The notes below the pieces were generated by a model that did no database searches, was not told the DNA's origin, and worked only from the letters and a program-made list of their open reading frames with translations. Shown here one piece after another: positions 1-10,000 of a stretch of DNA of 64,000 nucleotides. The position numbers and the translations under genes were made by a program. Every line of letters begins with the position of its first letter. Position 1 is the first letter of the stretch. The stretch comes from Spirochaetia bacterium (GTDB lineage Bacteria > Spirochaetota > Spirochaetia > SZUA-6 > Bin103): the NCBI GenBank assembly GCA_965198005.1, contig CBDAOI010000004.1, positions 96,001 to 160,000 of the forward strand, given 5' to 3'.

Positions 1-3000
1 CTGAAAGACTCTGAAACGGAAAGACAGCCAGTTTGTGCGAGAATACCACCCTCAGAGGGAGGAACGTAAAGACAACCCTGTTGCTGACGATTGAACACAC
101 GATTACCTGATCCAGTCCCTCGATCGTGGAATATAGCGCGGGCTGTCTGTCACCAAACTGCCACCATCGGACTCGCCGGACTTGCCTGTTTACCTTCATT
201 CGCCCGGGCTTCACGCGACGTGCCACAATCGCCATGAGATCGGGCCAGCGTCGCCGGCACTCCTCCTCGCTTCGCCCGCCGAAGTTGATCACGTAGCGGT
301 GGTGGGTATGGGTGGGGCTGGTGTTGACCTCCTCGCCGCCGATGTAGGGGAAGATGACCTCGCAGTTGCGCGGGTCGGATTCGATGAGCCGCTGCATTTC
401 GGCGAGTGAGGACGCAACGCCTTTCCGGTCGGTGTCGTCGAAGGTGAAGCCCATGCCGAGGACGATGCTGCCCTGGAAGCTCTTGCCGGCGTTGGCCGCC
501 AGCCGTACCGGGTCCGCGTGGCCGCCCCGGTGGAACAGGAACGCGGTGATATTGTCGACGCTCGCGCCGTCGAGCGCCTTGTGGCCGCGAAACGGACCCT
601 TGGCGACGTGGAGAACACTTACGATGACGGCCGCTTCGCCGGGCCACTGGACCCGCTTGGTAGCGCGGTAGATCTCGCCACCGTGCTCGCAGATCCAGCG
701 TAAACCGCTGGAGCGGGTATCGCCCTGGGCGATGGTGTTGGTGGCGATCAGGCCGAATGTGCCACCATCGCGAACCAAGTTGAACGCACGCCGGTAGAAG
801 TGCGCCACGAGGTCGGCATTGCCGTGGCTCTCCTCATGCATCTCCTTGAGCCAACTCGGGTAGGCGACAATGTTGCCGGCCGCGACGTTGTTCTTGCCCG
901 CGAACGGCGGGTTGCCGACGAAGCCGTCGAAGCCGGGGTTGTCGCGCTCGAATGCCTCGGGGAACTCGATTTCCCAGTGGAACGGAGCGAACGGCAGCTC
1001 CGCGTTGCGGCGCCCGTCCATCTCCACCGCGTGACGCCACGCCTCTCCGGTGAGGATCGCCTCCTGGTAGGCGGAGCGCCGTGACTCCCGCTCCTTTGGC
1101 TTGGCGCCCTCGAAGAATGCGGCGAGCACGAGATCGCCGAACAGGCGCACTTCGCCGACTGCGTCCTGAGCTTCGCGCCAGAGGTTCTGCAAGCGGCGTT
1201 CATCGACGGTGTCGTCGGCTTCACGGATCTGCCGCCGCAACTCCGATGCCGCTTCCACGGCTTCGCGCACGCCGAAGCCAGTGAGGATCGGCTGCCCAGC
1301 CTTCCAGTTCAGCGATTCGATCTGCTGACGGGTCAGCCCGACGAGCGAGTCGCCGTGACGGAACGCATGGTCGACGAAGGTGAGCGGATGGTCGCGCGCG
1401 AGCGTGCTGAGCCAGAGCGAGACCTTGGCGAGGTCAACGGCCATGGGGTTGCGGTCGATGCCGTAGAGGCACTTCTGAGCGACGAGCCGACGGGCGAAGA
1501 TCACCTCGTCTTCATCGGGTGGAATGTCCGGCATGGAGCCGTGAGCGCCCCACGCGTCGATCAGAGCGTCGGCGAGCTGGCGACAGGTCTCGACCAGGAA
1601 TGCGCCGGAGCCCATTGCCGGATCGCAGATCTTGAGGTCCAGGATTTGCTCCGGGGTCGGCGCCCGGCCGTCCTCGCCTTTCAGCCGATCGAGCAGGGGT
1701 GCGAGGGTGTGACGAACAATCGGCTCGGTCAGTTCGCGCGGCGTGTAATGGGAGCCGGAGCGCCGTCGTTCCTCGTTGGGTTGCAGTACCAGAGCGCCAG
1801 GCGGGGCGATGTCGGGCGTCGCGTCCTTGTCCAGAACGCGGTCCAGCGCCACGTGCAGATCGACCACCGTCTCCGCTTCCCGGAGCCCCTTCGCAACCCT
1901 GTCCGTGATGGTGCGGCCCGCGCGCTCCTGAAACCACCGCCTGCGGCTGGCGCTCGGCTGAGCCAGCAGCGTGTCAAGATCGATTGTGTTCGGTGCTCCG
2001 AGCTTCTTTGCCGGCTTGATGGCAACCGAGCGGCCGGTGGCGGTCTCCAGGCGAAAGCCCATGATGGTCTCGTACACGGAGCCGATCTGCTCCACGTCGA
2101 GCGTGCGGTACGAGATGCGCTCGCCGTCGAGCACAAGCAGCTTCTCCAGCACCCGGTAGATGACGCCGTCGGAGATGCGCGGCGGCACAACGCGCTCAAT
2201 CGTCTGCCGGGCACCGCCGCCGCTACGGCCTTCAAGGAATCGGAAGCGATCGGGGTCGAACAGAGCGCCGCGGCGCTCCGGAAGGCTTACGGCGCCGCCG
2301 GTGCGATGGGCGCGTGACCCATCGTGGATGAGGCGAAACAGCACGAGAAGCTGCGCCCAGGCACCGAAGCGCTGGTCCATGGTGTCCGGGTTGAGCGCCG
2401 CATCCTCGCGCAAGCGCTGGTAGAGGCCGGTGAGCGAGTAGTAGCGCGCGAAGTTCTCATCGTCCGGCAGCATGCCACGTTCCTCGGCGTAGAGCAAAAA
2501 GACCAGGCGCAGGATGACGGAGAGCAGGCCGCGGTAGATGTCGTTGCGGTCGCCGTCCTCGGACAGCGGCTCGCCCAGGAGCTCGCCCCCGGAGGAGTCG
2601 TGAGCGGTTTGGAAGCCGCGGAGGAGTTCGTACAGGGCATGGAGCACTTGCTCCGAGAGGCGCTCGGAGACCTCGTTCTGGTACTTGCGGCTGCTTTCGA
2701 GCAGCGCGGCGAGCCGCTGATCGCGGGGCAGTGCCAGCAGCCGCTGTTCGGATAGCAGCAGGCGCAGCGCCGAGCAGAGCGGGCGCCCGGCGGTGTTGAT
2801 CAGGTCCGCGAAGCGGAAGTCCATCCAGCCGGAGCTCTCGCCTCGGGGGGCAGAGATCAAGCGTAGCGCGACGCCGTTGAACAGCACACCGGCGGGGACC
2901 CCGGTGCCGCGCAGAAGGCGCTCCACTCGGCCCTGGGGAGATGCCTCCAGTCCGCCGGCGCCGGACGTCGCCTTGTCGAAGTCTTGTCCGACGGCGAGCA

Positions 3001-3400
3001 CCTGCACGAGCAGTTGCCACGGCGATGTGCCATTCCGAGGGTCACGTTCACGAATTGCGAAGTCCGGGTGCAGCGTCTCGTCGTAGTCCGGGAGAACGAC
3101 CGCCAGATCGGCCGGGACGGGAGACTCTGCCGTGCCCGCGTAGCCCCTGGACGAGAAGCCCCAGCCGAGGACCGCGCTCGCGAACTCTTGGAAGTCTCCC
3201 ACGCACGGCCCGGGATCGCGTCCTGGGAAGACCGTCGGTTGGTGGACGCACCCGGCGAGCAGCGCCTGCCCCTCCGCATCCTGACGGTTCAGGATCGCAC
3301 CCGCCTTGACCAGCGCCGGAGCCGAGACCACCAATCCGTTCGGTTGGATGAAACCCAGCCACTCGAGGTGGGCGCGTGTGTTCGGGTCTTGCGCGGGCAT
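1..3400 (-). CDS. drmMI: Large N6-adenine DNA methyltransferase, DISARM DrmMI / Eco57I-like (partial, 3' end beyond window start)
   Basis: Not in ORF track; manual translation from ATG 3400: MPAQDPNTRAHLEWLGFIQPNGLVVSAPAL; in-frame motif I LKICDPAMGSGAFLV (~1590-1635) and motif IV GFVGNPPF (~902-925); frame still open at position 1. Not every codon between motifs was checked. Confidence 0.82.
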   Translation of the reverse strand, partial: MPAQDPNTRAHLEWLGFIQPNGLVVSAPALVKAGAILNRQDAEGQALLAGCVHQPTVFPGRDPGPCVGDFQEFASAVLGWGFSSRGYAGTAESPVPADLAVVLPDYDETLHPDFAIRERDPRNGTSPWQLLVQVLAVGQDFDKATSGAGGLEASPQGRVERLLRGTGVPAGVLFNGVALRLISAPRGESSGWMDFRFADLINTAGRPLCSALRLLLSEQRLLALPRDQRLAALLESSRKYQNEVSERLSEQVLHALYELLRGFQTAHDSSGGELLGEPLSEDGDRNDIYRGLLSVILRLVFLLYAEERGMLPDDENFARYYSLTGLYQRLREDAALNPDTMDQRFGAWAQLLVLFRLIHDGSRAHRTGGAVSLPERRGALFDPDRFRFLEGRSGGGARQTIERVVPPRISDGVIYRVLEKLLVLDGERISYRTLDVEQIGSVYETIMGFRLETATGRSVAIKPAKKLGAPNTIDLDTLLAQPSASRRRWFQERAGRTITDRVAKGLREAETVVDLHVALDRVLDKDATPDIAPPGALVLQPNEERRRSGSHYTPRELTEPIVRHTLAPLLDRLKGEDGRAPTPEQILDLKICDPAMGSGAFLVETCRQLADALIDAWGAHGSMPDIPPDEDEVIFARRLVAQKCLYGIDRNPMAVDLAKVSLWLSTLARDHPLTFVDHAFRHGDSLVGLTRQQIESLNWKAGQPILTGFGVREAVEAASELRRQIREADDTVDERRLQNLWREAQDAVGEVRLFGDLVLAAFFEGAKPKERESRRSAYQEAILTGEAWRHAVEMDGRRNAELPFAPFHWEIEFPEAFERDNPGFDGFVGNPPFAGKNNVAAGNIVAYPSWLKEMHEESHGNADLVAHFYRRAFNLVRDGGTFGLIATNTIAQGDTRSSGLRWICEHGGEIYRATKRVQWPGEAAVIVSVLHVAKGPFRGHKALDGASVDNITAFLFHRGGHADPVRLAANAGKSFQGSIVLGMGFTFDDTDRKGVASSLAEMQRLIESDPRNCEVIFPYIGGEEVNTSPTHTHHRYVINFGGRSEEECRRRWPDLMAIVARRVKPGRMKVNRQVRRVRWWQFGDRQPALYSTIEGLDQVIVCSIVSNRVVFTFLPLRVVFSHKLAVFPFQSLS

Positions 3401-3402
3401 CG

Positions 3403-3876
3403 TCAGCCTTGTGGCACCCGACAGAGATCGCGAGCCGCAAGGAGACCCCGATGCGCATCCGTGACGTTGGCGTTCCTGGCCGTCGTGTAGATCTTGCCGC
3501 GCGGTCTCGCGACGATCTCCGGATTCCCGAAGTCATCGATCAGTGCCGCGTCGTTGGTGTAGAGCAGACGCGCCCCACTCACCAGCGCGAGCGCAAGCAC
3601 ATGCAGGTCGTCGGACTTGCACACCCCCTTCCCGAGGAGGCCTGCGGCATGATCGTCCACTACTTCGTCAGTCACTGAGCGAGCGCGTCCATTTCTGAGG
3701 GCGCTCCTGAGCCACTGGAAGAATCGCCGGTCCCGGGCCAGCTCCTCTCGAAGTTGACCGCCGACCACCAACTGTCCGCGTGGGCTCGACAGCCAATCAA
3801 AGAATCGTCTGCCAGCCGGAGGGCGGTCGCTTCCAAATACTTCGTATGCCACGTTGGCATCGACGATGGCGCACAT
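3403..3876 (-). CDS. PIN-domain protein (copy 2)
   Basis: MCAIVDANV start, SDDLHVLALA and LLYTND motifs give the PIN acidic residue pattern; abuts upstream ATPase. Confidence 0.75.
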   Translation of the reverse strand: MCAIVDANVAYEVFGSDRPPAGRRFFDWLSSPRGQLVVGGQLREELARDRRFFQWLRSALRNGRARSVTDEVVDDHAAGLLGKGVCKSDDLHVLALALVSGARLLYTNDAALIDDFGNPEIVARPRGKIYTTARNANVTDAHRGLLAARDLCRVPQG

Positions 3877-5229
3877 TTACAGTCCGATCGACCGCCTCGT
3901 TTCTTCCATGAAGAACTGACCATAGCCGTCCGGTGCATCCCACAGGTTGCCTTGTTCATCGAATCTCAAGGAATGGATATGAACGTCAAGATCGGCCCTT
4001 TCGAAGAACAAGATGGAAACATCCTCCGGCTTCAGACCCGTCTCACGGTCGCGGATGTCCATGCGAACACGATCGACGATGTAGTCGCTGTGTGTTTCGA
4101 CAATAAGCTGGCGACCTGACGCGGCGCTCGTGCAGAACAGGCTTCCAAGAGCCGCCTGGGCGCTGGGATGGAGGTGCACTTCAGGCTGCTGCAGAAGGAA
4201 TCGCGGGTATCCGTCCTCAATGAGTAGCTCCAGCAACAGGGGCAGCACTTGGCTAACGCCATATCCCACGTCGATCAGGTTGTGCTTTGCACCCTTGCGT
4301 TTGCCGTGCTTGCCCCACTTTCGCATCTCCAATTGAAACGGTTCATATTCATGCTTGCCAAGCCGTTTGACAAATATCTCGTTAAACAGACCTGACTTGT
4401 GCCCGAATTGTTCGATCCGCTGCTTCAACTCGTGCCACTGCTCCGAGTCTCGAGCGTGAGCATCCGCGAGGAATGCCGGCACCGAGCTTCCCTCCGGATC
4501 GCGCACGATCCTCACCGGATCGTACGTGCGGAGCGGGCTGGATCGGGTGGGTCCTCCCGCAAACGCACTTGCACTGAACAAAGCACCCTCTTCATAGAGT
4601 TTGGCGAAGTCGTGATAATCGCTCTCGGTGAGGATCGCGTCAGTATCTCCCGTCAGCGGCTGCAGCTCACCCGCCGTGCCGCTCTCCGCAGCGACGCGTA
4701 GGAACTGCGCCATCGTAGACGCTCCTCCGCCGTAGATGTAGTTGTCGTTGGGTCCGCGCCCCAAAGCGGGCAGCCGCCAAGAACCGCTCGCGCAACCCAG
4801 TTCGGTGCGAGGGTTCGAATCGCGGCGTTGGTCTCTGATCCACACACCTGCGGCGCTCCACACTACGGTGGCAAGGGCGGGGGAAGCGCCCTTGCCGAGG
4901 GTAAACGTCGCGTCAAATTCGACGGACTCAACCGAGTTTCCCGAACACTCGAAGCCAATGCTGAACGATTCGGCGCCTGCACGGCGGCTATCTTGTGCGT
5001 GATGGGCGATCTCATGGAACGATCCGAGATCGTACGGCGCACTGCGAAAGTCGGGGTCCTTGTGGTAACTTGCGACTTCGAGAATCGCCTTTACCGCGGC
5101 GAGAAAAGAGGTCTTACCGGTGCTGTTGTCGCCGAGCAGCAACGTCAGCGGCGCCAAGCGAGCCGCCTGCTGCTCGCGAAAGCAACGAAAGTCACGGAGT
5201 CTGAGTTCCTGTAGCGGTTGGTGGTCCAT
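3877..5229 (-). CDS. ABC/AAA_21-like ATPase (copy 2)
   Basis: Walker A GDNSTGKTS, signature-like NLIDVGYGVSQ, LLQQPEVHLHP, H-loop IVETHSD; ATG 5229 with GGAG RBS (GTG 5247 alternative). Confidence 0.85.
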   Translation of the reverse strand: MDHQPLQELRLRDFRCFREQQAARLAPLTLLLGDNSTGKTSFLAAVKAILEVASYHKDPDFRSAPYDLGSFHEIAHHAQDSRRAGAESFSIGFECSGNSVESVEFDATFTLGKGASPALATVVWSAAGVWIRDQRRDSNPRTELGCASGSWRLPALGRGPNDNYIYGGGASTMAQFLRVAAESGTAGELQPLTGDTDAILTESDYHDFAKLYEEGALFSASAFAGGPTRSSPLRTYDPVRIVRDPEGSSVPAFLADAHARDSEQWHELKQRIEQFGHKSGLFNEIFVKRLGKHEYEPFQLEMRKWGKHGKRKGAKHNLIDVGYGVSQVLPLLLELLIEDGYPRFLLQQPEVHLHPSAQAALGSLFCTSAASGRQLIVETHSDYIVDRVRMDIRDRETGLKPEDVSILFFERADLDVHIHSLRFDEQGNLWDAPDGYGQFFMEETRRSIGL

Positions 5230-5243
5230 CGGTGCTCCCGTGG

Positions 5244-5720
5244 TCACCCCGCCCTGGGTCCGATACAGAGGTCCGCGTCAAGCAGCTTCCGGTGTTCAGC
5301 CGTGAAGTGGCCATCGGGTCGCGACGTGTAGATCCGGCCCGCTACACCTGGAATGACTGCGGGGTCCGCAAAGTCACGCTGCAAACGGCCGTCATCCGTA
5401 TAGAGAAGGCGAGCACCGCTCGCCAAGGCAAGCGCTATGATGTGCACATCGTTGGACTGAAGATTGCGGGATTGGCCGAGTTCGTCCTCGTATCGACGGA
5501 TTCGGGCACCACCAATCTGTCGCACGCGGCCGCTCACACGCCGTGCTTCCAGCAGCCAGCGTCCGAAATTGCGATTGTGTGTGAGTTCCTCCGAGACTCT
5601 CCCACCGACAACAAGCTGTCCACGCCCATCATCCAACCAGTTCCGAAAACGAATACCCGCCGCGGTTCGCTTTCGGCCGAATACTTCGAACGCGACGCTC
5701 GCATCGACGATGGCGCACAT
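5244..5720 (-). CDS. PIN-domain protein (copy 1)
   Basis: Paralog of 3403-3876: MCAIVDASV...SNDVHIIALA...LLYTDD; start overlaps ATPase stop. Confidence 0.75.
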   Translation of the reverse strand: MCAIVDASVAFEVFGRKRTAAGIRFRNWLDDGRGQLVVGGRVSEELTHNRNFGRWLLEARRVSGRVRQIGGARIRRYEDELGQSRNLQSNDVHIIALALASGARLLYTDDGRLQRDFADPAVIPGVAGRIYTSRPDGHFTAEHRKLLDADLCIGPRAG

Positions 5721-7066
5721 CAGTAATCGATTACTCGCTTCAGTTCGTCCCGGAAGAATCGTCGGTATCCGTCCGGTGCATCGAGCACGTTGCCTTCGTC
5801 ATCAATGCGAATTGAGTGGATCGTGACGGACAGGTCATCCCGTTCGAAATAGAGGATCGATACGTCGTCCGGCTCCAGATCGGATCGTTTGTCGCGAATG
5901 TCGAGCAGGATGCGGTCAAGAATGTAGTCGCTATGCGTTTCGACGATCAGTTGACAGTGGGACCCCGCCGAGGCACAGAACAGGCTGCCGAGTTCGGCCT
6001 GCGCGCTTGGATGCAGGTGTACCTCCGGCTGCTGCAGCAGGAACATTGACGCTCGGTCGTGCCGGAATAGCTCCACGAGCAGTGGCAGAATCTGACTGAC
6101 GCCGTAGCCTACGTCGATCAGATTGCGTCTTGCGCCTTTGCACGTCTTGCCCCGCTTGCGTACTTCCAACTGGAACGGCTCGAACTCGTGCCGGCCAAGT
6201 CGCTTCACGAACACATCGTCGAACAGTCCAGACTTGTGGCCAAACTTCTCCAGATCACTCTTCATGTCCTGCCACGCATCGGGATTCCTGGCATGCACGT
6301 TCGCCAGGAACGCTGGAGTCGAGACCCCCTGCGGATCTTGCACCAGCCGTACCGGATCGTACGTGCGCAGCGGACTGGACCGAATCGGCGCCCCGGCAAG
6401 AGCTCCCGATGCGAACCTGTTGTTCTCAACAAACAGAGCGATCAATTCGACGACGTCACGCTCCGTGGGCACCAAGTCAACATCGCCGTGCAGCGGCTGC
6501 AGCTTTCCCGGCATGCCGCTCTCCACCGCAACCCCCAGGAGTAAGTTGACCTTGGCGGTGTCTCCGCCGTAGAGATAGCGACGATCGCGATCCGGGACCG
6601 GCGGCAGACGCCATGAGCCGCTGGCGCATCCCAGGTCGGTGTAGGATCCTTCTGTGTCGCGATGCTCTCGCACCCACACGTCTGCGGCGCTCCAGCGTAC
6701 GGTCGAGAGCTTCGGAGCGGCGCCGTCACCCAGCGTGAAGGTGGCGTCCACGGCGACTGGTTCGCCCTTCTCCCCAGCGTACCTGAAACCTATACCGAAC
6801 GATTCGGCTCCGCCACGACTGCCGGTTGGATCCTGGCGATATGCAATCTCGTGAAAAGAGCCGAGGTCATAGGGCGGGGCACGGAAGTCGGGGTCTTCGT
6901 GGTAGCTACCGACCTCCAGCATCGCCCGTACCGCGGCCAGAAACGACGTCTTTCCGGTGCTGTTTTCGCCGATCAGCAGCGTCAGCGGCGCCAGGCGCGC
7001 AGTCTGCTGTTCTCGAAAGCAGCGGAAGTCGCGCAGTCTGAGCTCCTGCAGCGGTGGCTGATTCAT
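5720..7066 (-). CDS. ABC/AAA_21-like ATPase (copy 1)
   Basis: GENSTGKTS, NLIDVGYGVSQ, LLQQPEVHLHP, IVETHSD; ATG 7066 (MNQPPLQELRL) with GAGGA RBS. Confidence 0.85.
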   Translation of the reverse strand: MNQPPLQELRLRDFRCFREQQTARLAPLTLLIGENSTGKTSFLAAVRAMLEVGSYHEDPDFRAPPYDLGSFHEIAYRQDPTGSRGGAESFGIGFRYAGEKGEPVAVDATFTLGDGAAPKLSTVRWSAADVWVREHRDTEGSYTDLGCASGSWRLPPVPDRDRRYLYGGDTAKVNLLLGVAVESGMPGKLQPLHGDVDLVPTERDVVELIALFVENNRFASGALAGAPIRSSPLRTYDPVRLVQDPQGVSTPAFLANVHARNPDAWQDMKSDLEKFGHKSGLFDDVFVKRLGRHEFEPFQLEVRKRGKTCKGARRNLIDVGYGVSQILPLLVELFRHDRASMFLLQQPEVHLHPSAQAELGSLFCASAGSHCQLIVETHSDYILDRILLDIRDKRSDLEPDDVSILYFERDDLSVTIHSIRIDDEGNVLDAPDGYRRFFRDELKRVIDY

Positions 7067-7076
7067 CCGATCCTCG

Positions 7077-10000
7077 TCATCCCGTGTCCGGCCAAAGATA
7101 CACCAGACCAACCGGCTCCACGCGCCGAGCCCGCACTTCGTAGAACTGGCGAATTCGGGGTGGCTCGGTTTCGAGGTCGCGGTCGAACTGGGTTAGGCGC
7201 CGGCGCCACGCGGCGACGTCGGCCTGTCGCTGGCGTTTCTCTTCGTCGTTGAACTCAAGGGAGAGCTGGACTTGGGCAGCCTCGTGCTTGCCGAGCTCCG
7301 CTTCGACGCGCTGGCGCTGGCGTTCCAGGGTGACGCGGAGCTGTTGAGCCTCACTCTCGCCTCGATCGCGCAGGGCGTCGGCCGCGCTTCGGGCGACCTG
7401 ATCGGCTCGCTCTTCGAGCTGCGGCAGCAGGTCGGTGATGTCCTGCGCGCCAGTTTCAAGCAGACGGCGGTGAACGGTCTCACTCGGGGCGTGCGCATCT
7501 CGCAGCGCGGACTCCAGGCGTTGGAGGGTCCGCGCTTCGGCCTCCCCGGCGTACGCTTTGAGCGGCCCCACGCGTCGCGACGGCTCGATCCAGCGCGCGG
7601 CGACCGGCGTCAGGATCTCGTGCAGGCGTTCGGCACGGCGGCCGTACAGGCACAGCCGGCCCAACAGGATCACCCGCGGGATCGAGTCGGCCGCCTGTAC
7701 CAGGCAGGCGCGGGACAGGTCGTGGTGGACGAAACCCTGGGCTCGGAAACGGGCCAGCAGGCGCTGCGCCATCCGCTGCTCCAGGTGCAGGTGCACCGTG
7801 GCGTCGGTGAGCACGCCGGCGTCCTCGAAGACGACCGGGCGGATGGGCGCTTCGCGCCGCCACTCGGCCAGTTTCTGGTTGCTCCTGCGTGGCACGCGCA
7901 GCGTATCCAGGGTACTGGTCCAGCTCGCGTCGGCCAGCGTCTGGCCGGTGAGCGGCGGGAACATCCACACCGGGGAGCCATCGTCGGCACGCTCTCCCTG
8001 CAACGGTTCGGCGCCCAGCAGCTCCAGCGAGCAGGACATCGCGTCACGGAACGGTTCCGGCTCGAAGTCCACCCAGCGGCGCGACCGATCCAGCAGCCCC
8101 CGGCAGCGCTCGATCTGATCCTTCAGATCCTCCTGCCGTTCGCGTGCCGCTTCGAGCTCCTCGGTGGCAACGCGCTTCTTCTCCTGGTCCAGGTCGGCCG
8201 CTTCGATCTCACGTGCAAGCCGTGTCGCCTCCCGGTGACGGATGCCACCGCGCAGTCGGCGCTCGATGTCGTCGTCGATCACCTTGGAGAGGCTGCCGAG
8301 CTCGCGCTTGATGGTCTGGGTCTTCCTGACCAGCACTTCCAGCACGCGGTCCTCGGCGCGTTGCGGGAGCGCGAAGTAGTGGCAGCGTACCTCCGGCGCC
8401 GGTTGCAGCTTGCGGTCGATGCGCCCGTTGCGCTGCTCGATCCGGCCGGGGTTCCAGGGCAGGTCGAAGTGGAACAGGTCGGTGCAGTGCGCCTGGAAGT
8501 TCAGCCCCTCGCGGGCGGCGTCGGTGGCGATCAGGATGCGCAGCGGATCGTCCGCCGGGGCCGCGTTGAAGCGGCGCTGGATCTCCCTGCGGTTGGCGCC
8601 CGCGGTCTGGCCGTCGATGGTTTCGATCCGCTCGTCGGCGAGGTCGGTGCCGGCTATGGCCTGCCCCAGCATCTCGCGCAGGTAGCGCTTGGTGCCGATC
8701 ACGTTCTCGGTGAAGATCAGCACCCGCCCGTCGTTCCAGCGGGGACGGTCGGGACACAGGTGGTCGTCGATCCAGTGGATCAGCTTGCGGGTCTTCGCGT
8801 CAGGCCGGCCGCGCGCGGCGGAGGCCACCTCCTCCATCCGGTCGAGCAGGTCCTGTTCGGTGTGCCACAGCGCCTCGGCATCCGGAGTCCGGCCCGATGC
8901 GCTCTCGGCTGCGGCGTTGATGGCGGCGATCTGGGTTGCCTCTTCCGCCGCGTTCTCCTCGTCCGTGCGCTCCGCGCGATCGTCGTCGGCGTCGGGGGGC
9001 GTGGCGAACCGGGATGCGGCCTTGGACGCGAACGCATCGCTGCCGGCGGCCGGGACCTGGCCCTCACCGGCCGCGAAGCGCTCCCACTGCTCGCGGGCCG
9101 TCTTGCGATGCCGCGCCAGAGAAATGGCGAACGCCTCGATCGACGACAGCAGCTTCTGTTGCAGCCCCACCACGAGCAGTCCGGCCGCGGCGCGGGTGCG
9201 CGCGGGTACGTCTTGGAACCGGGTCTCCCGCACGTGGCGGTACTCGTCGAGCAGCCGCGACAGCACGAGCTCCGGCGCATCCTCCGGCAACCCGTCGATC
9301 ACTACCCGGCACACCTCGCGTTTCGGGAAACCGCCCTGTACTTCGCGGATGTCCTCCTTGAGGCGGCGGACCATGACGTCTTCCAGAGCGCTCTTGCCGC
9401 GCACCGGCACTCCGCGCGTGAAGCGGTAGGGGTCGAGCAGCTCGAGCAGGGTGGCGAAGCTGTTGGAGTGGCCGTTGTGAGGTGTGGCGGACAGGAACAG
9501 GCGGTGCTCGAAGCGGCCGCCGAGCTCGCGGATGGCGCGCGTGAACTTGGTCTCGATGCCGTAGCGTCCGCCGCTGGACGGCGCCGCGTGGTGGGCTTCG
9601 TCCAGAATCAGCAGGCTGCCCGGCGCCAGGTCGCCGAGCCACTCCCGCATCGGGTCCGCGTAAGCCGAGTCGATGAGCAGATTGTGCGACACGATGAAGC
9701 GGCTGTGGGTGCGCCACGGATTGACGCCGAAGCCCCGGTCGCGGCGCACCTGCGCCAGGTAGGCGCGGTCGAGAATCACGAACAGAAGCCCGAAGCGTTC
9801 CTCCATCTCCGCCTTCCATTGCTCCATTACGGAAGCGGGGGCTGCGACCACCACCGTCCGCGCTCGCTTGCGCAGCAGCAACTCGCGGGCGATCAGGCCG
9901 GCTTCGATGGTCTTGCCGAGGCCGGTGTCGTCGGCGATGAACAGGTTGACGCGCGGCAGGCGCAGCGCCTTGCGCAACGGCTCCATCTGGTAGGCGTCGA

